Part shown: positions 27,333-40,009 of the stretch, in pieces
How positions within the stretch are numbered: position 1 is the stretch's first letter
Layout: each line of letters opens with the position of its first letter
Origin: Octopus sinensis
Taxonomy: Eukaryota
Length of the DNA stretch: 64,000 bases
Direction of reading: 5' to 3'
NCBI RefSeq assembly: GCF_006345805.1
Contig: NC_043004.1
Span: 61,256,001 to 61,320,000, forward strand
Program-made: the position numbers and the translations under genes
Notes under the pieces: generated by a model
The model's database searches: none
The model's input: only the letters and a program-made list of their open reading frames with translations
What the model was told of the DNA's origin: nothing

Positions 27333-27595
27333 ATATTTTTAAATGTCTTACTTTGAAAAATTGCATTCGGTGGGATTAGTAATATTTTTGGTAGAAATGA
27401 CTAATTGTCCCTCTTAGCGTGTGGCATGTATGTATAATGCCCTCTGGCATGTATGTATAATGCCCTCTATATATAAATTAATATGTTCAATAAGAAATAA
27501 TTATTTTCGAAATTTTCTCTTATGAGGTTTTCACGCTATCTACCTCACAATTTCTTGTTAAAGTTTTCCTTATTAAGTAGTTGTCCTTAATTGCT

Positions 27596-27672
<77 letters not shown>

Positions 27673-27756
27673 GTATGTATATGTATATATGTATATGTAT
27701 GTATATGTATATATGATATGTATATATGTATGTATATATATATATATATATATATG

Positions 27757-27807
<51 letters not shown>

Positions 27808-27904
27808 GTATTATCATATATAAAGGTGAGAAGGAACACACGAGTTGATATATATGAAAAAACAAGTCAAAAATAGAAAATGCTAAAAATAATTTTATAG
27901 TGAA

Positions 27905-27952
27905 CATTTCAGTACCGGTTTCGGTCATTTTGAGACCTTTTCAACTGTAACG
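27905..27952 (-). ncRNA. Minimal type I hammerhead ribozyme with U3-A8 variant core
   Basis: CGUUACAG-UUGAAAA-GGUC(UCAAAAU)GACC-GAAA-CCGG-UA-CUGAAAUG: palindromic ACCGGU stem III and GUA cleavage triplet. Confidence 0.7.
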
Positions 27953-28303
27953 ATTAAATATTAAATTTAGAAAAAAATTAGAAGAAAAGTTTTTTTAAAG
28001 GAATATTTCTATAGTAGTGTTCAGATATAAGTAGCATTCTGCCTTTCTCTGACTCCCTTGTTTGCACTTGTGTGTTGGAGGTCGTTGTGAGTTCTTGATA
28101 GGGTAGTAGAGGAAGGAGGCTGATGAGGAAGGGGGTGGGAGAATCTGGGAGTGCCCTGATGGTCGTATTTTGAATGGTCCGTGGCGGCTGGCAGTCGCAG
28201 TTCAATTCAGGAGAATATTTCTATTGAAATGCTTGTTTATAGAATTTGCGTAGGTGTTATACTAAAAAACATTAGTGACAAAGTTAAGGGGTAGATGTGG
28301 AGA

Positions 28304-28515
28304 AGTAGTAGAAGAAGAAGAAGAAGAAGAAGAAGAAGAAGAAGAAGAAGAAGAAGAAGAAGATGACGATGTTGATGATGATGATGATGATGAAGAAGAA
28401 GAAGAAGAAGAATTAGAAGGAGAAGGAGAAGATGACGATGATGGTGATGGTGGTGATGGTTATGACGACGATGATGATGATAATGATGATAATGAAGAAG
28501 AAGAGGAAGAAGAAG
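28304..28515. repeat. (GAA)n/(GAT)n compound repeat inside the PLE 3' region
   Basis: Directly visible; it generates the spurious poly-E/D ORF 28275..28541. Confidence 0.9.
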
Positions 28516-29696
28516 ACAAAAACAGAGAAGGGAGAATATGAATGGGTTAAAGTATTACTTGAAGTTGGCATGTTGTGGATTATAGCTGTGATTTTAGCTG
28601 TGATTAGTAATGGATTCTTTGGAATGTAATATTTGTGTGTGAATATTTCTTTTATTCTAAAGTTGAGGTATATTAATTGTTTGTCGTAGACCCGTTTAGA
28701 AGTGGCCTGTATTTTGCAATAAAGAGAGTTTCTTTACTTATTCGTTGTCTCGAGGTTGTATCGTTCCTAAATTGGTAGAGGGGGAAAATCCTGAAGCTTG
28801 GTGTTTTTTGTTGGCGCAAGTATCTATGTGTTGGCCAAAAGCTATTTTTCTGTTTTGGGGAATTTTCATCTGGGATCTGTGCAGGGCCATTCGTTTACGC
28901 AAACTATTTTTTGTTTGGCCTATGTACTGCTCTTGACACCCGGAGCAGGTTAGTGAGTATATTAGGTTCTCCGAAGCACATGTGAAGTTGCTTTTCACTG
29001 TAAACCGTTGTCCCTGTTTGAAGGAGAACTCTGATCCCTCAATTAGATAGTCGCATATCCCGCAATTGGGTCTTCCACATTTTTTACTGTCGGCTTCTGT
29101 GTTGAAGAGTGAATTCGGGCTTGTGTTAGGAGACTTTTCATGGATTTAGGCTGTCTTTTGCTTTTTATGATCGTGTGTGTTTGGAGGATTGTGTTCATTC
29201 TGTGGTCTTTTTTAGGAGGGGTATGTTGTGGAGGATGATGCCGAAGGCTTCGTTATTGAGAGGGTTGTGTGTGGAGATGTATGGTAAGGCTTTTGGTTGT
29301 AAGTTTTTCTTTGATTTGGGATGTCTCAGTTCCTTGATGTTAAGTTGAAGGGCACGTTGAATGCACTTGTCAATAAGTGAAGGTGGATAGTTCCTGGTGA
29401 TAAGGGTATCTTTTAGTTCTTGTAGTCGTGTGCCTCTGGTGTTTGCGTTCGAGACTATAGTGCATATCCTTTTTGCTAGGTTGAAGGGGATATTCATCCT
29501 GGTGTGTCTGCGGTGGCATGAATTGAATGGAAGATATTGCTTAGAGTCTGTAGGCTTATAATATATGTCTGTTTCTATTATATTATTAGCTTTCTTAATG
29601 AGGATATCGAGGAAGGGGAGTTGTTGCTGGCTATATTCCATCGTGAATTGGATGTTTACGTCCAGGAAATTTTAAACGGACTGGACGTAAACATCC

Positions 29697-29744
<48 letters not shown>

Positions 29745-30910
29745 GTATTATGTATACGTATATATGTGTGCTTGTGTGTGTGTGCGTGTGTCTGTCTGTC
29801 TGTACCGTACCACTGCTAGACAATCGGCGTTGGTGTGTTTTACGTCCCCGTTACTTTGCAGTACGGCAAAACACCCGATAGAATATGTACCAGACTTTTA
29901 AAAAATTAACACTGGGCGTTTCATTCGAGTATTCTTCAAGTCGATGCCCTACGTTGCCAGCACTCAAACGATCGAAACAAGTAGGAAATAAAAGATGATA
30001 AAATATATTTTCATAGCCTCATCAGTGATTCTGAAAATATAAACTGAATAGTAATGTTACTTACTTGAGAATGACTACTCGGAACTGCAAAAGTTAATTT
30101 AAATTCATAGAAGATTAGCAAGAAATGGTAATGATACTGCGCGGTGCCAATTTATTTTTTTACTAGTATTTACAAACAGAATTATCTTGAACTGAGTTTC
30201 CACACTGCACAGTCATGTTATCTCACCAACATTTATACTTCAAGGACTAAACCTTTTGATGTTAATTACGTGCGTCGACATTATAGACACGAGTGTCATA
30301 AATGGAAGGATTCTGCTAGGGAAGTGAAACCAGTAAGCAGTATTTCATTCTGTCAAACAGCAACTGCTGAATAACAGATGCATCCATGAGGAAGCTTCAT
30401 AAAATATTTAAAACAACAACTCTATAATGCCATTCAAGTGCTTAGCAATGTCTGTGTAGATAAATATAAAAAGCAATAGATAGATTAACTATTTAAAACG
30501 TGACTACACTCTATTGTAAATATTAAGCTAACGAAGTTTACTGTCAATCTTTGCATTAAAAATAACAAAATAATATCTATGGAAATGAAAAAAATATGGA
30601 AGAGCATACCGCCTCAAACAAACCTACTTGAGGGACATAGCTAAATAATAGAACTTGATGAAATTGTATAAACATAGTTCAATGTTTGCTTGATAATTTT
30701 ATTTAGTTTTATTTTACTTTTCGTTGTTGCTCCCATACGCATCTATGTATCAAGTTAATATTAGATTTAAGTTGAAAATGTTTATTATTTCTCTGCTAAT
30801 TCTCTGTTGATAACCAGACAAAGAAAAACAAATGAAGAAAAACAAACCAGTGCTGGAAACCATATTATGAAAGTCAAACAGAAGTTGATTAGGGTCTCGT
30901 TTCAGTTGTG

Positions 30911-30968
<58 letters not shown>

Positions 30969-31013
30969 GCATCATCATCCTCATCAGCATCTTCGTCACT
31001 GTTGTCATCGTTG

Positions 31014-31053
<40 letters not shown>

Positions 31054-31055
31054 AA
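30911..31055. repeat. (ATT)n/(ATC)n microsatellite
   Basis: Directly visible. Confidence 0.95.
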
Positions 31056-31444
31056 TTTCTTTTTCGTTTACATATTTACTAACACATACTGTATAATCTA
31101 CGAGCATACATGTCTATCAAATATGCGATACCGCATACCAGTTAATTTCTGAATACGTATACATGCACACACACACATATATATATGTGTGTGTATGTGT
31201 GTGTTTGTGTGTGTGTGTGTGTTTGTGTGTTTGTGTGTCTATGTATGTGTTTGTATGTAAATGTAATATTACACCTTGTATGTGGGCAAACAGAAGAGAG
31301 CTGCAGACAATTTTAAAATATATTAGCTTAAAAGCGGACTTTTACGCTAGTTATAACAATAAAGCGTTTATTGGTAGCCTATCGTCACACATTTATATCA
31401 CAGAGTATCACATTTGGAGAATTTTGTATTACTGTGGCATTTGG

Positions 31445-32570
31445 AGATCAAGGTAAAGCAGAAGGATAAAGAACATTCTTGCTTTTTCTATTTGGTGTGA
31501 GTTTGAAAAGATTCTTGCCATTTCCAACTCTGGAACAGCCAACATAAAGCTGACTATGGGAGAAGTCCTGTTGCATGATGTGAAGTCCAACAATTTTCAG
31601 TGGTTGGCCTTGATTCTTGTTAATTGGCATTGCAAAACTAACTCTCACTGGAAACTGAAGTCTCTTGAATTCAAAGGACACGCCTCCTGGAATCAGTGAA
31701 ATTCTTGGAATAAACACATTTCCCCCTTTCCATGTCCAGTGAGGATTGTTTCTTCCAAAAGATGTGAAGACATTTTCCAGTCTTGTTCCTTTGCAGAGGA
31801 TACAGATTTCTGAAAATTGTGATTGGAATTCCGTTCTTCCATATCAGTTTCTGAGAAGGCATTCCAGGAAGATCTAAAGAGCTAAGAAACTAAGTAGGAT
31901 GATTCACAGCTTCACTGGGGTCCACAACAGTATCCATTAAGCAATAATCTTTTTCTCAGTATTGACTGATTGCATAAATTTCCAATTGACATCCTCGACA
32001 GTTTCATTCTTTAGTGTAAGTATGGCTCTTTGACAAAGCCAGTCATGATGTTGAAAATTATGCTTAACGTTTGGGTAAACCTTGGTAATCAATTCTTCTA
32101 CAGTTTTGATCAAAATGCCACAGCCATTTGGAAAACTGATGTCTCCATTATTCAGCTTCCATTTCCAAGATCTAGCAGCTGAGGTACAAATGTCTTAATA
32201 AAACGACTGCACCGGAAGTCCGATCCGACCACAAGTCCACTCAGGCCGAAAGTCTGATCTGGCCGAAAGTCCGATTTGGGTGGAAGTTTGATTTGAACGA
32301 TCACAAATTTGTTTTATTACTTTAAATTCAATTTAAGTGCACAAAATGTAAGTTCACAAATTTTTGGATTTCTTTTAATATTTAAATTTTCAACCGTTAA
32401 CGTACAACAAATCCTCATCCAGAACTATTCCCAATGCTAGATACTGAAGAACTAGATATTCAATCCCAGGATCATCCTGATTTCCCAATCGTATATGTAT
32501 GTATAAAACAAATGTAAACTGAGATACAGGAGTCTCGGACGAACATCATTTCGCGTTTATTATAATAGAT
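31445..32570 (-). mobile_element. Internally deleted Helitron with a PIF1-like helicase C-terminal remnant
   Basis: FIPRISL...FEFKRLQFPVRVSFAMPINKNQGQPL...FSHSQLYVGCSRV (31448..31717). Upstream frames give HDWLCQRAILTLKNETVEDVN and PGMPSQKL. Candidate 5' terminus TCTATTATAATAAACGCG at ~32568. Confidence 0.85.
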
Positions 32571-33974
32571 AACATATATTTCTCGGTCGACAGATAGTTA
32601 TTTACTCACTCAATAATCGGAGTTTCATAAACTGAAGTATATTTCCAATCTACCAGATATCTGCAATAATTTATTCCCTATTTGTTTTAATGAACTAAAC
32701 TAGCTTACCTATTTAAGCCGAATGCGACTAAATCTTTATTTACTGTGTGTCGGTTAGACACTTGCTTTTGATCTTATGAAACAATTGGTAATGGCAAATA
32801 TGTAGGCAACTATAAGCCTGCATGTATACATACATACATACACAACCCCACATATATGTGTGTGTACCTGTTTGATTATGTATCAAAGCACTGTTCACTT
32901 TTAATATGACTGGAGACTTAAGAGAGCGGGTTTATAGTGGACATACTTGTGTAGCCTTAACTTGTAAGTTAGACCCTGAGGTCATATCTCGCATTTTTCC
33001 TACATATATAGAGTTTGTGCATATTCTATCACACTAGGCATATGTAATCAACAAGCGACAACATAACCTCTCCTGTTTTTAACACTTTTCCTATTTCCAC
33101 CATGAAAAGAGAAAGCTCGCTTGAAATATTGTCCCATCTTTCGAAATTCACTCCAAGTGACTTTGTATCTTTCTAGCACCTCTCTCTTTTTTCTCTTTGG
33201 AATCGTTACTATATTTTCATGCCTACTCTCTGCTCCTTCTAATGCAGCTGGTTCTCGATATTCAAACAAAGCATGCGGTTGTGCGGTCCGGCATGTGGAG
33301 TCACATTGTTAGAGAAGGATGAAGATGAAGAAGATAGATGACTGGGTTAAGGCCCAAACCTCATTGTTGGTGATTTGATAAGATTACCTGATATCCAGGA
33401 TAAACCTAATAATTGTAATAATGTAGATCGTTGTTGTAAATCAAGATCTAGCTTAGCTGATCAGACAACTTTAGAAAATTGTCGGAGAGGAATAAGTATA
33501 ATTCTTTATTCGAAAATGTTTGGTGATAACATTGAGGCAATATATTTGATAATTCAGATCACGTACCGAAGTTCACAGTACAACGTCAACTGGATTCCTT
33601 TGCTGTTCTACAATATTAGGTGGAAGAGACAATTATCTGGTACCAGCTAGTAAGCAACGTATTGAGATTGTCTTCTTAGTATTATCCACTAGAAAACCAT
33701 ACCTGCTTATTTTGATCCAGGCTTCATGTGATTTCAGACTAATTGTTGATTTATCTACGATATCAGACAGATAGGTGTTACGTCTGGTTACATGATTATG
33801 TGCTATGTTGCTAGGTATTAGCAACGTTAAGAAGCACAAATGAATATCAGAAAGGAGTAATCTCACTTTGAAACATACGAGAGTTGTCTTTTCTACATAT
33901 GTATATAAGCCGGCTAGAGATAGGTTTGGGTTTAGAAGCCATTGTTGGAGTCGCAATATAATATAGTTTTACAA

Positions 33975-34367
33975 GGCGGCGAGCTGGCAGAAACGTTAGC
34001 ACGCCGGGCGAAATGCGTAGCCGTATTTCGTCTGTCGTTACGTTCTGAGTTCAAATTCCGCCGAGATCGACTTTGACTTTCATCCTTTCGGGGTCGATAA
34101 ATTAAGTACCAGTTACGCACTTGGGTCGATGTAATCGACTTAATACCTATGTCTGTCCTTGTTTGTCCCCTCTGTCTTTAGCCCCTTGTGGGTAATAATG
34201 AAATAGGTATTCAGTCTGTCTTTACGTTCTGAGGTAAAATTCTGCGGAGGTCGACCTTGCCTTTCATACTTTCGGAGTCGATAAATTAAGCACCAGTTGC
34301 GTACTGGAGTCGATCTAAACGAATACCATCTCTCTCAAATTTCGAGGCTTGTGCCTAGAGTAGAAAT
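33975..34367 (+). mobile_element. tRNA-derived SINE family B with a Nin-like central domain; second partial Nin-like domain in tandem
   Basis: Head GGCGGCGAGCTGGCAGAA...GAGTTCAAATTCC; CTTTCATCCTTTCGGGGTCGATAAATTAAGTACCAG resembles the Nin SINE domain as I recall it; that segment repeats at ~34255-34300. Confidence 0.75.
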
Positions 34368-34550
34368 ATATATTTAGTTTCAACTACGAATTTTAAGTGC
34401 GGAAGTGTCTTCGTCAAGGATATCAATGTGATGCTAAAAAAGTGGTTTTCTTGGTCCCACGTTTACCAAAACTCAGTTATAAATTGATTAGATGCTTACG
34501 ATAATATTTGTCTACTAATCGTGGAATATTGCTGAGATTTATCAAAGTAA

Positions 34551-34598
<48 letters not shown>

Positions 34599-35764
34599 TG
34601 AATAGCCATAATGCTTTTGCTTTTCACATTATTTTGCACACACACACACACATACACACACATGCACACACATATATGCTCACATACACACAAACATACT
34701 ATATCTCTTTATACACCTTCATTTTTATGTGTGCGTGTATGTGTGTGTGTACATATACATATACATATATATGATATATTATGTATATTATATATTGTAT
34801 ATATATTATGTTATGCATATACCTAAATCTATACCTCTGTGTATAAATATATATATATATACATATATGTATACATACATACACACAGACACATGCACAC
34901 ACATATATGAGTGTGTGTTGGTGTGTACGTGTGTATGTATGTGTGTATGCATGTATATATATAATATATATATATATTATATATATATATATATTTGTTT
35001 GTTTCTTTTTTGGGGGGTTTTTGTTTGGTTAGCCATAACAGGACTAATGGCCGGTTGTTCGAAATTAATATATTTATAATTTATGGTACTAACAAGCTCC
35101 GGATGCGCAGTAGTGTTAATTCACAGATACCATCTCATCTGGTATCTCATATCAACCACAACACAATTATAGATGAATACTTTAATATAAATAAATAAAC
35201 CACAAGAGAGCATCAGCTGCGTAGTTAGATATATCAGTTACATAATTACGTACAGAGAATTGTATATATATATATGCATATATACATACATATTCGTACA
35301 GTTTCCTTAATAAAGATAAATCATTATTCGCTTTGATGAAATTGTGAGAAGTCACACAGACCCTTTCTACTCTGAGCAGCCTTTCTTAGAGCGGAATCAG
35401 CTGTCGGCTAATACTATTTGCAGTTACGCAACTCCTGTTCATTTGAGACTTATTAATATTCAGGATATGAAAGTCAAGCGTGGTGATTGAAGGCTACGCA
35501 CGCAATAAACGGTAACCACTTTATCTTGAAATGAGGTACCTTACTCAAAACAGAAATACACTGCCCGACGGAAAAATCGATTGAACACTCATATGAACAT
35601 GGGCCAAATACTGTAACTACGAGACTACGTTCTTATATATACAGGCATGCATCCATCCATACTTATGCGCGCACACACACACACACATACATATATAATA
35701 ATATTTACACATAAATACAAACATGACAATTATTTGGTAGTCATGACAAAACTCTGAGTTTCGG

Positions 35765-36443
35765 ATCCTTAAATCCTTAAAAATGTTTTAGCCCGAAGGC
35801 CGCGGCCATGCTGGGGTACCACCACTGAATGAGCTACACTAATATGTGAATCCACCTCTGATACGTGGCACTTGATCAACAAGGGAGTTCGATGCTGCTG
35901 CCCGCATCTGCGTCTCCTGTCGTGAGGTAGGTTCATCTGGGACTCCCAACAAGAAGAGATCCAGTTTAGTTTTAAAGAAACCCACATCCACACCATGTAA
36001 GTCTCTCAGGCATTTAGGGAGGATGTTAAAGAGCTGTGGTCCTCTGAAACCCAAGCAGTTGCTGTATCTGGACCTGTATTTTGATGCTGATGTTGGAATC
36101 TTTGGCACCATGCAGTGGCGCCCCGTTCTGCGGTTGGGGTAACTTTGAATGCCAAAGTTTGGGACAAGACCCTCCAGGATTTTCCAGATGTATATCACCG
36201 CATATCTCTCCCGTCTCCGCTCTAGGGAGAAGAGGTTTAATACTTTTAGTCTTTCCCAGTAGCTGATATTTTGCATTGAGACGATCTTCTTTGTGTAGCT
36301 TCTCTGAAATGCTTCGAGTTCTGCTGTTAGTTTTATATTGTGTGGTGACCATAGTTGGGAGCAGTAGTCCAAGCGGGTGAGGACGAATGTTTTCCAGAGG
36401 ACCATCAGTGTCTCCTCTCTTGTTCTGAAAGTTCGGAGAATCC

Positions 36444-36445
<2 letters not shown>
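35765..36445 (-). mobile_element. 5'-truncated CR1-like LINE 3' end
   Basis: ORF 35839..36405: RLDYCSQLWSPH, NLFSLERRRERY, FKTKLDLFL; tail ending (TTAAGGAT)n. Confidence 0.9.
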
Positions 36446-36502
<57 letters not shown>

Positions 36503-36519
36503 TAATATATATATATATA

Positions 36520-36735
36520 TAATAAGAGTAAATACTAGCTTTAATGGGTCTTAAAAAAAACAATAACAATTATTTACTGGTAGATTTTGGCATGTAAATT
36601 TAACCATTAACGGTAGGAACTTTTATAAAAGTTCACAAATATTTTGTATATAAATAAAAGCGGCTGGCCGAAATCTACCAGTAAATAATTGTTGTTTTTT
36701 TTAAAAACCACTAAAGCTATAATTTACCCTTATTA
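36520..36735. mobile_element. MITE-like element with ~70 bp imperfect terminal inverted repeats
   Basis: TAATAAGAGTAAAT...TTTACTGGTAGATTTTGGC pairs with GCCGAAATCTACCAGTAAATA...ATTTACCCTTATTA. Confidence 0.6.
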
Positions 36736-37109
36736 TATTACTAATTGGAATTTTCACTCCCTTACGACAACCCATAGTTTCTATCTCTAAGGAAGTAGTT
36801 TTGTAATACGCATGGTAAAATTTTGGAGGGAAAATTTACGGATTCAATCGTCTATATAGATTTAGCCTATGCTTGCTTTCTTTCACTATTTCGATGTCGC
36901 CTGATTGAGAAGTGGAGGTACGTAGCATTTGATAAATCTATTTTAGTGGAGGTTTACGCTGATGAAAGACATGGAATTTATATTTTATTATATTCCTAAT
37001 CTAGAAACGCGTTCGTAAATAACCGTTAGACTTTGTTTTTGTTATTTCTTCCTTCTGTTTTGCATATGTGAATTACAGGGATATGTCGTATGTGGAGTCT
37101 CATTTATTG

Positions 37110-37146
<37 letters not shown>

Positions 37147-37349
37147 CATATATACATATATATAGGCACATACGTGCTTTTTCTGAACTTTTTTTCTTTC
37201 TCCTAGCGTCTCCCTGCATAGCTCTTTCAGACGAAGAGCTATGCTCGAAACCGTAAAAACAATCTTTCTTCAAACTTTACTGTGCGTCAAGCTAATATAC
37301 TCCATTTGTATGTTCTTTTGATTTTTATTGTTAGTTCTAATGTTAGATT

Positions 37350-37413
<64 letters not shown>

Positions 37414-37464
37414 ATATACATATATATATATATATCTATATATATACATATATATACATAAATA

Positions 37465-37505
<41 letters not shown>

Positions 37506-37528
37506 ATATATACATATATATATGTATG

Positions 37529-37600
<72 letters not shown>

Positions 37601-37863
37601 ACATATATTTATATATATATATATATATATATACGTAAAAGAGATATAAAATATTATTCAAAATAATAATATTACCATCGAGCATCGTAAAATATAGAAA
37701 TATAAATAGAAAACGAATGTATAAAATGTACGATTATTGTCAGAAATAGCAGCCGGTAGGTTATCGCCACTAATGTAGGGCTTCACCTAATATTCACAGG
37801 CAGATATGTTTGCAGGCGATGAATAGGAAAATTCGTGTACATTCGCTTTATATATATATATAC

Positions 37864-37975
<112 letters not shown>

Positions 37976-38758
37976 CACATTCTTACATATACCTATATAT
38001 ACACATGCATATACATATACCCACGAATATGTACACATTTTATTATTGTTTTTTTTTTATATTTCTTTCTTGTCTCAGATAGCAAAATTCGTGTCAGTGA
38101 TTTACTGAATATTTACTAATATTAAAATTTCCATATTTGCAATCCGCCAACGAATAAATTTTATTTTAATGGCTTTTCCTTCAAGCATCTCTATTTTATC
38201 TTCCTTCTCTTTTTTAAATACAATTTCTATTATCTTTTATTAGCGAGACACTCTCGTGCTTTTCTTCTAGTTGTACAAATATTTTTTCTTCATCATCCCC
38301 ATCTGTTACAACAACCATTATCAAAATATGCCAACGAAGCCTCCATCAGTTTTATATCATATTGCCGTGGTCACTATCGTCATTATCCGCGTCATCCCTA
38401 TTTACGTCAAACACAGACATTATAAGTACCAAGACTATCAGTGTCAACATTAGTCTCATTATTATCTGCATTAATTAGCTCTACATAAGTTCAATTATAG
38501 TGACAGTTAAAAAGTTGCGCTTACGATCTGGTGTTCGTGGGTTTGACCCTCGGACCGGGTGCTTGGTTGTGTTCTGATGTTGCTCTCTGATCACGCCAGA
38601 ATCCGTCATGTAGTACGACATTCACCTATATAGGGAAAAACTATTTGATAGATGGTGTGAGTATACAGCATGTGTAGGAAAAACGTTTGATCACAGTAAA
38701 CAAATCGCTTATGCAGGTTGTTCTTCAAAAAATTGTAGAACCGGTAGAAATTGTAGAG

Positions 38759-38962
38759 GGCGGTTAGCTGGCAGAAACGTTTGCACGCCGGGCGAAATGC
38801 TTGGCGGTATTTCGTCTGCTGTTACGTTCTGAGTTCAAATTCCACCGAGGTAGACTTTGCTTTTCATCCCTTAGGGGTCGATAAATTAAGTAACAGTTAC
38901 GCACATCCCTTTGTTTGTCCCTTCTATGTTTAGCCCCTTGTGGGCAATAAAGAAATAAGAAA
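38759..38962 (+). mobile_element. SINE family B (Nin-like)
   Basis: Aligns with 33975-34205 and 50402-50633. Confidence 0.8.
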
Positions 38963-39582
38963 CTGTAGAACCGTCTTTCTTCAACGCGGGTGACTACCAT
39001 TGTTACGTTTACTGCAAACAATAATATTTCTAGAATTGTCACCATCTGAAGAAAGATGTACCAAAACAGCATCTATCAGATGTTTGGCTATAAAAGAAAT
39101 CAACAACGGCAAGTGTCGCGAAATTGAAACTTTTGACATAATGGCTCTGCCTGGGGCTTTATTTGAAAAATACACGTGGCATTCATAGATGGAAGCAATT
39201 TAATTATCACTATTAATACTTTAGTGATGGCTAGGAATCATTGCTGTCAACGTCTAAAACAACAAAGATGCTGACAGCCATTACATTAATTTTCATCACC
39301 TTCATAACGTTTTTCCCCCAATAAAATTGTCCCCAACTTCACCAGGCTACCAGAAAGGTAATCACCAATGAAACAACTGTTATCCCCAATGCACATAGCA
39401 GTTTTACGACCACCAACACCACCACTACTATCAAAGGAAGAAGAGCAACAGCAATAAATAACAGTTTCACTTGCGCCAGAAGCAGTAACACCACCGCCAT
39501 CATCATCAACTGCCTCACTGCCACAAATTCTACCACCAGTAGCACCACCCATTGTCATTACAAGCAAGAGGATCAACAGTAT

Positions 39583-39744
39583 GCGCAGGAGTGGCTGTGT
39601 GGTAAGAAGCTTGCTTACCAACCACATGGTTCCGAGCTCGTTCCCACTGCGTGGCACCTTGGGCAGGTGTCTTCTACTATAGCCTCGGGCCGACCAAGGC
39701 CTTGTGAGTGGATTTGGTAGACGGAAACTGAAAGAAATCCATAG

Positions 39745-39779
<35 letters not shown>

Positions 39780-40009
39780 ATGTGTGTGTGTGTGTGTGAG
39801 TGTGTATTTATTTGTCTTTGTTTGTCCCCCAACATCGATTGACGACCGATGGTGGTGTGTTTACGTCCCCGCAACTTAGCGGTTCGGCAAAATATTCGGA
39901 TCGAATAATCACTAGGCTTCCATAGAATAAGTCGCGGGATCGATTTGCTTGACTAAAGGCGGTGCTCCAGCATGGCCGCTGTCAAATGACTAAAACAAGT
40001 AAAAGAGTA
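39583..40009 (+). mobile_element. SINE family A, full length
   Basis: Head GCGCAGGAGTGGCTGTGTGG through tail GGCGGTGCTCCAGCATGGCC...AAAACAAGTAAAAGAGTA. Confidence 0.9.

Larger units (their letters stand above)
26838..27445. repeat. Near-perfect ~608 bp palindrome (304 and 301 bp arms, loop AAC at 27142-27144)
   Basis: The arms are reverse complements except at three sites: two homopolymer 1-nt indels and GAGTTTACAATATTAC vs GAGTTCATATATTAC. Confidence 0.97.
27822..29700 (-). mobile_element. 5'-truncated Penelope-like element (RT C-terminus plus GIY-YIG endonuclease, frameshifted) with 3' pLTR-like region
   Basis: FTMEYSQQQLPFLDILI, YYKPTDSKQYL, IPFNLAKRICTIVS (29195..29641); FTCASENLIYSLTCSGCQEQYIGQTKNSLRKRMALH (28738..28998); KETLFIAKYRPLLN-stop at ~28673; hammerhead near the 3' end. 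Confidence 0.9.

Noticed and set aside
26838-27445. Palindrome as a DNA-transposon MITE (GAG termini, TATA flanks)
   Set aside because: Not excluded, but there is no internal spacer, and embedded hammerheads point to an RNA-intermediate (PLE/retrozyme) origin.
28275-28541. Poly-Glu/Asp ORF resembling an acidic protein
   Set aside because: It is a (GAA)/(GAT) repeat on the antisense strand of the PLE 3' region, with no splice context or domain.
39360-39585. Thr/Asn-rich open frame as a possible extra mucin exon
   Set aside because: It is a degenerate ACC/AAC/ATC trinucleotide tract without phase-compatible splice sites.
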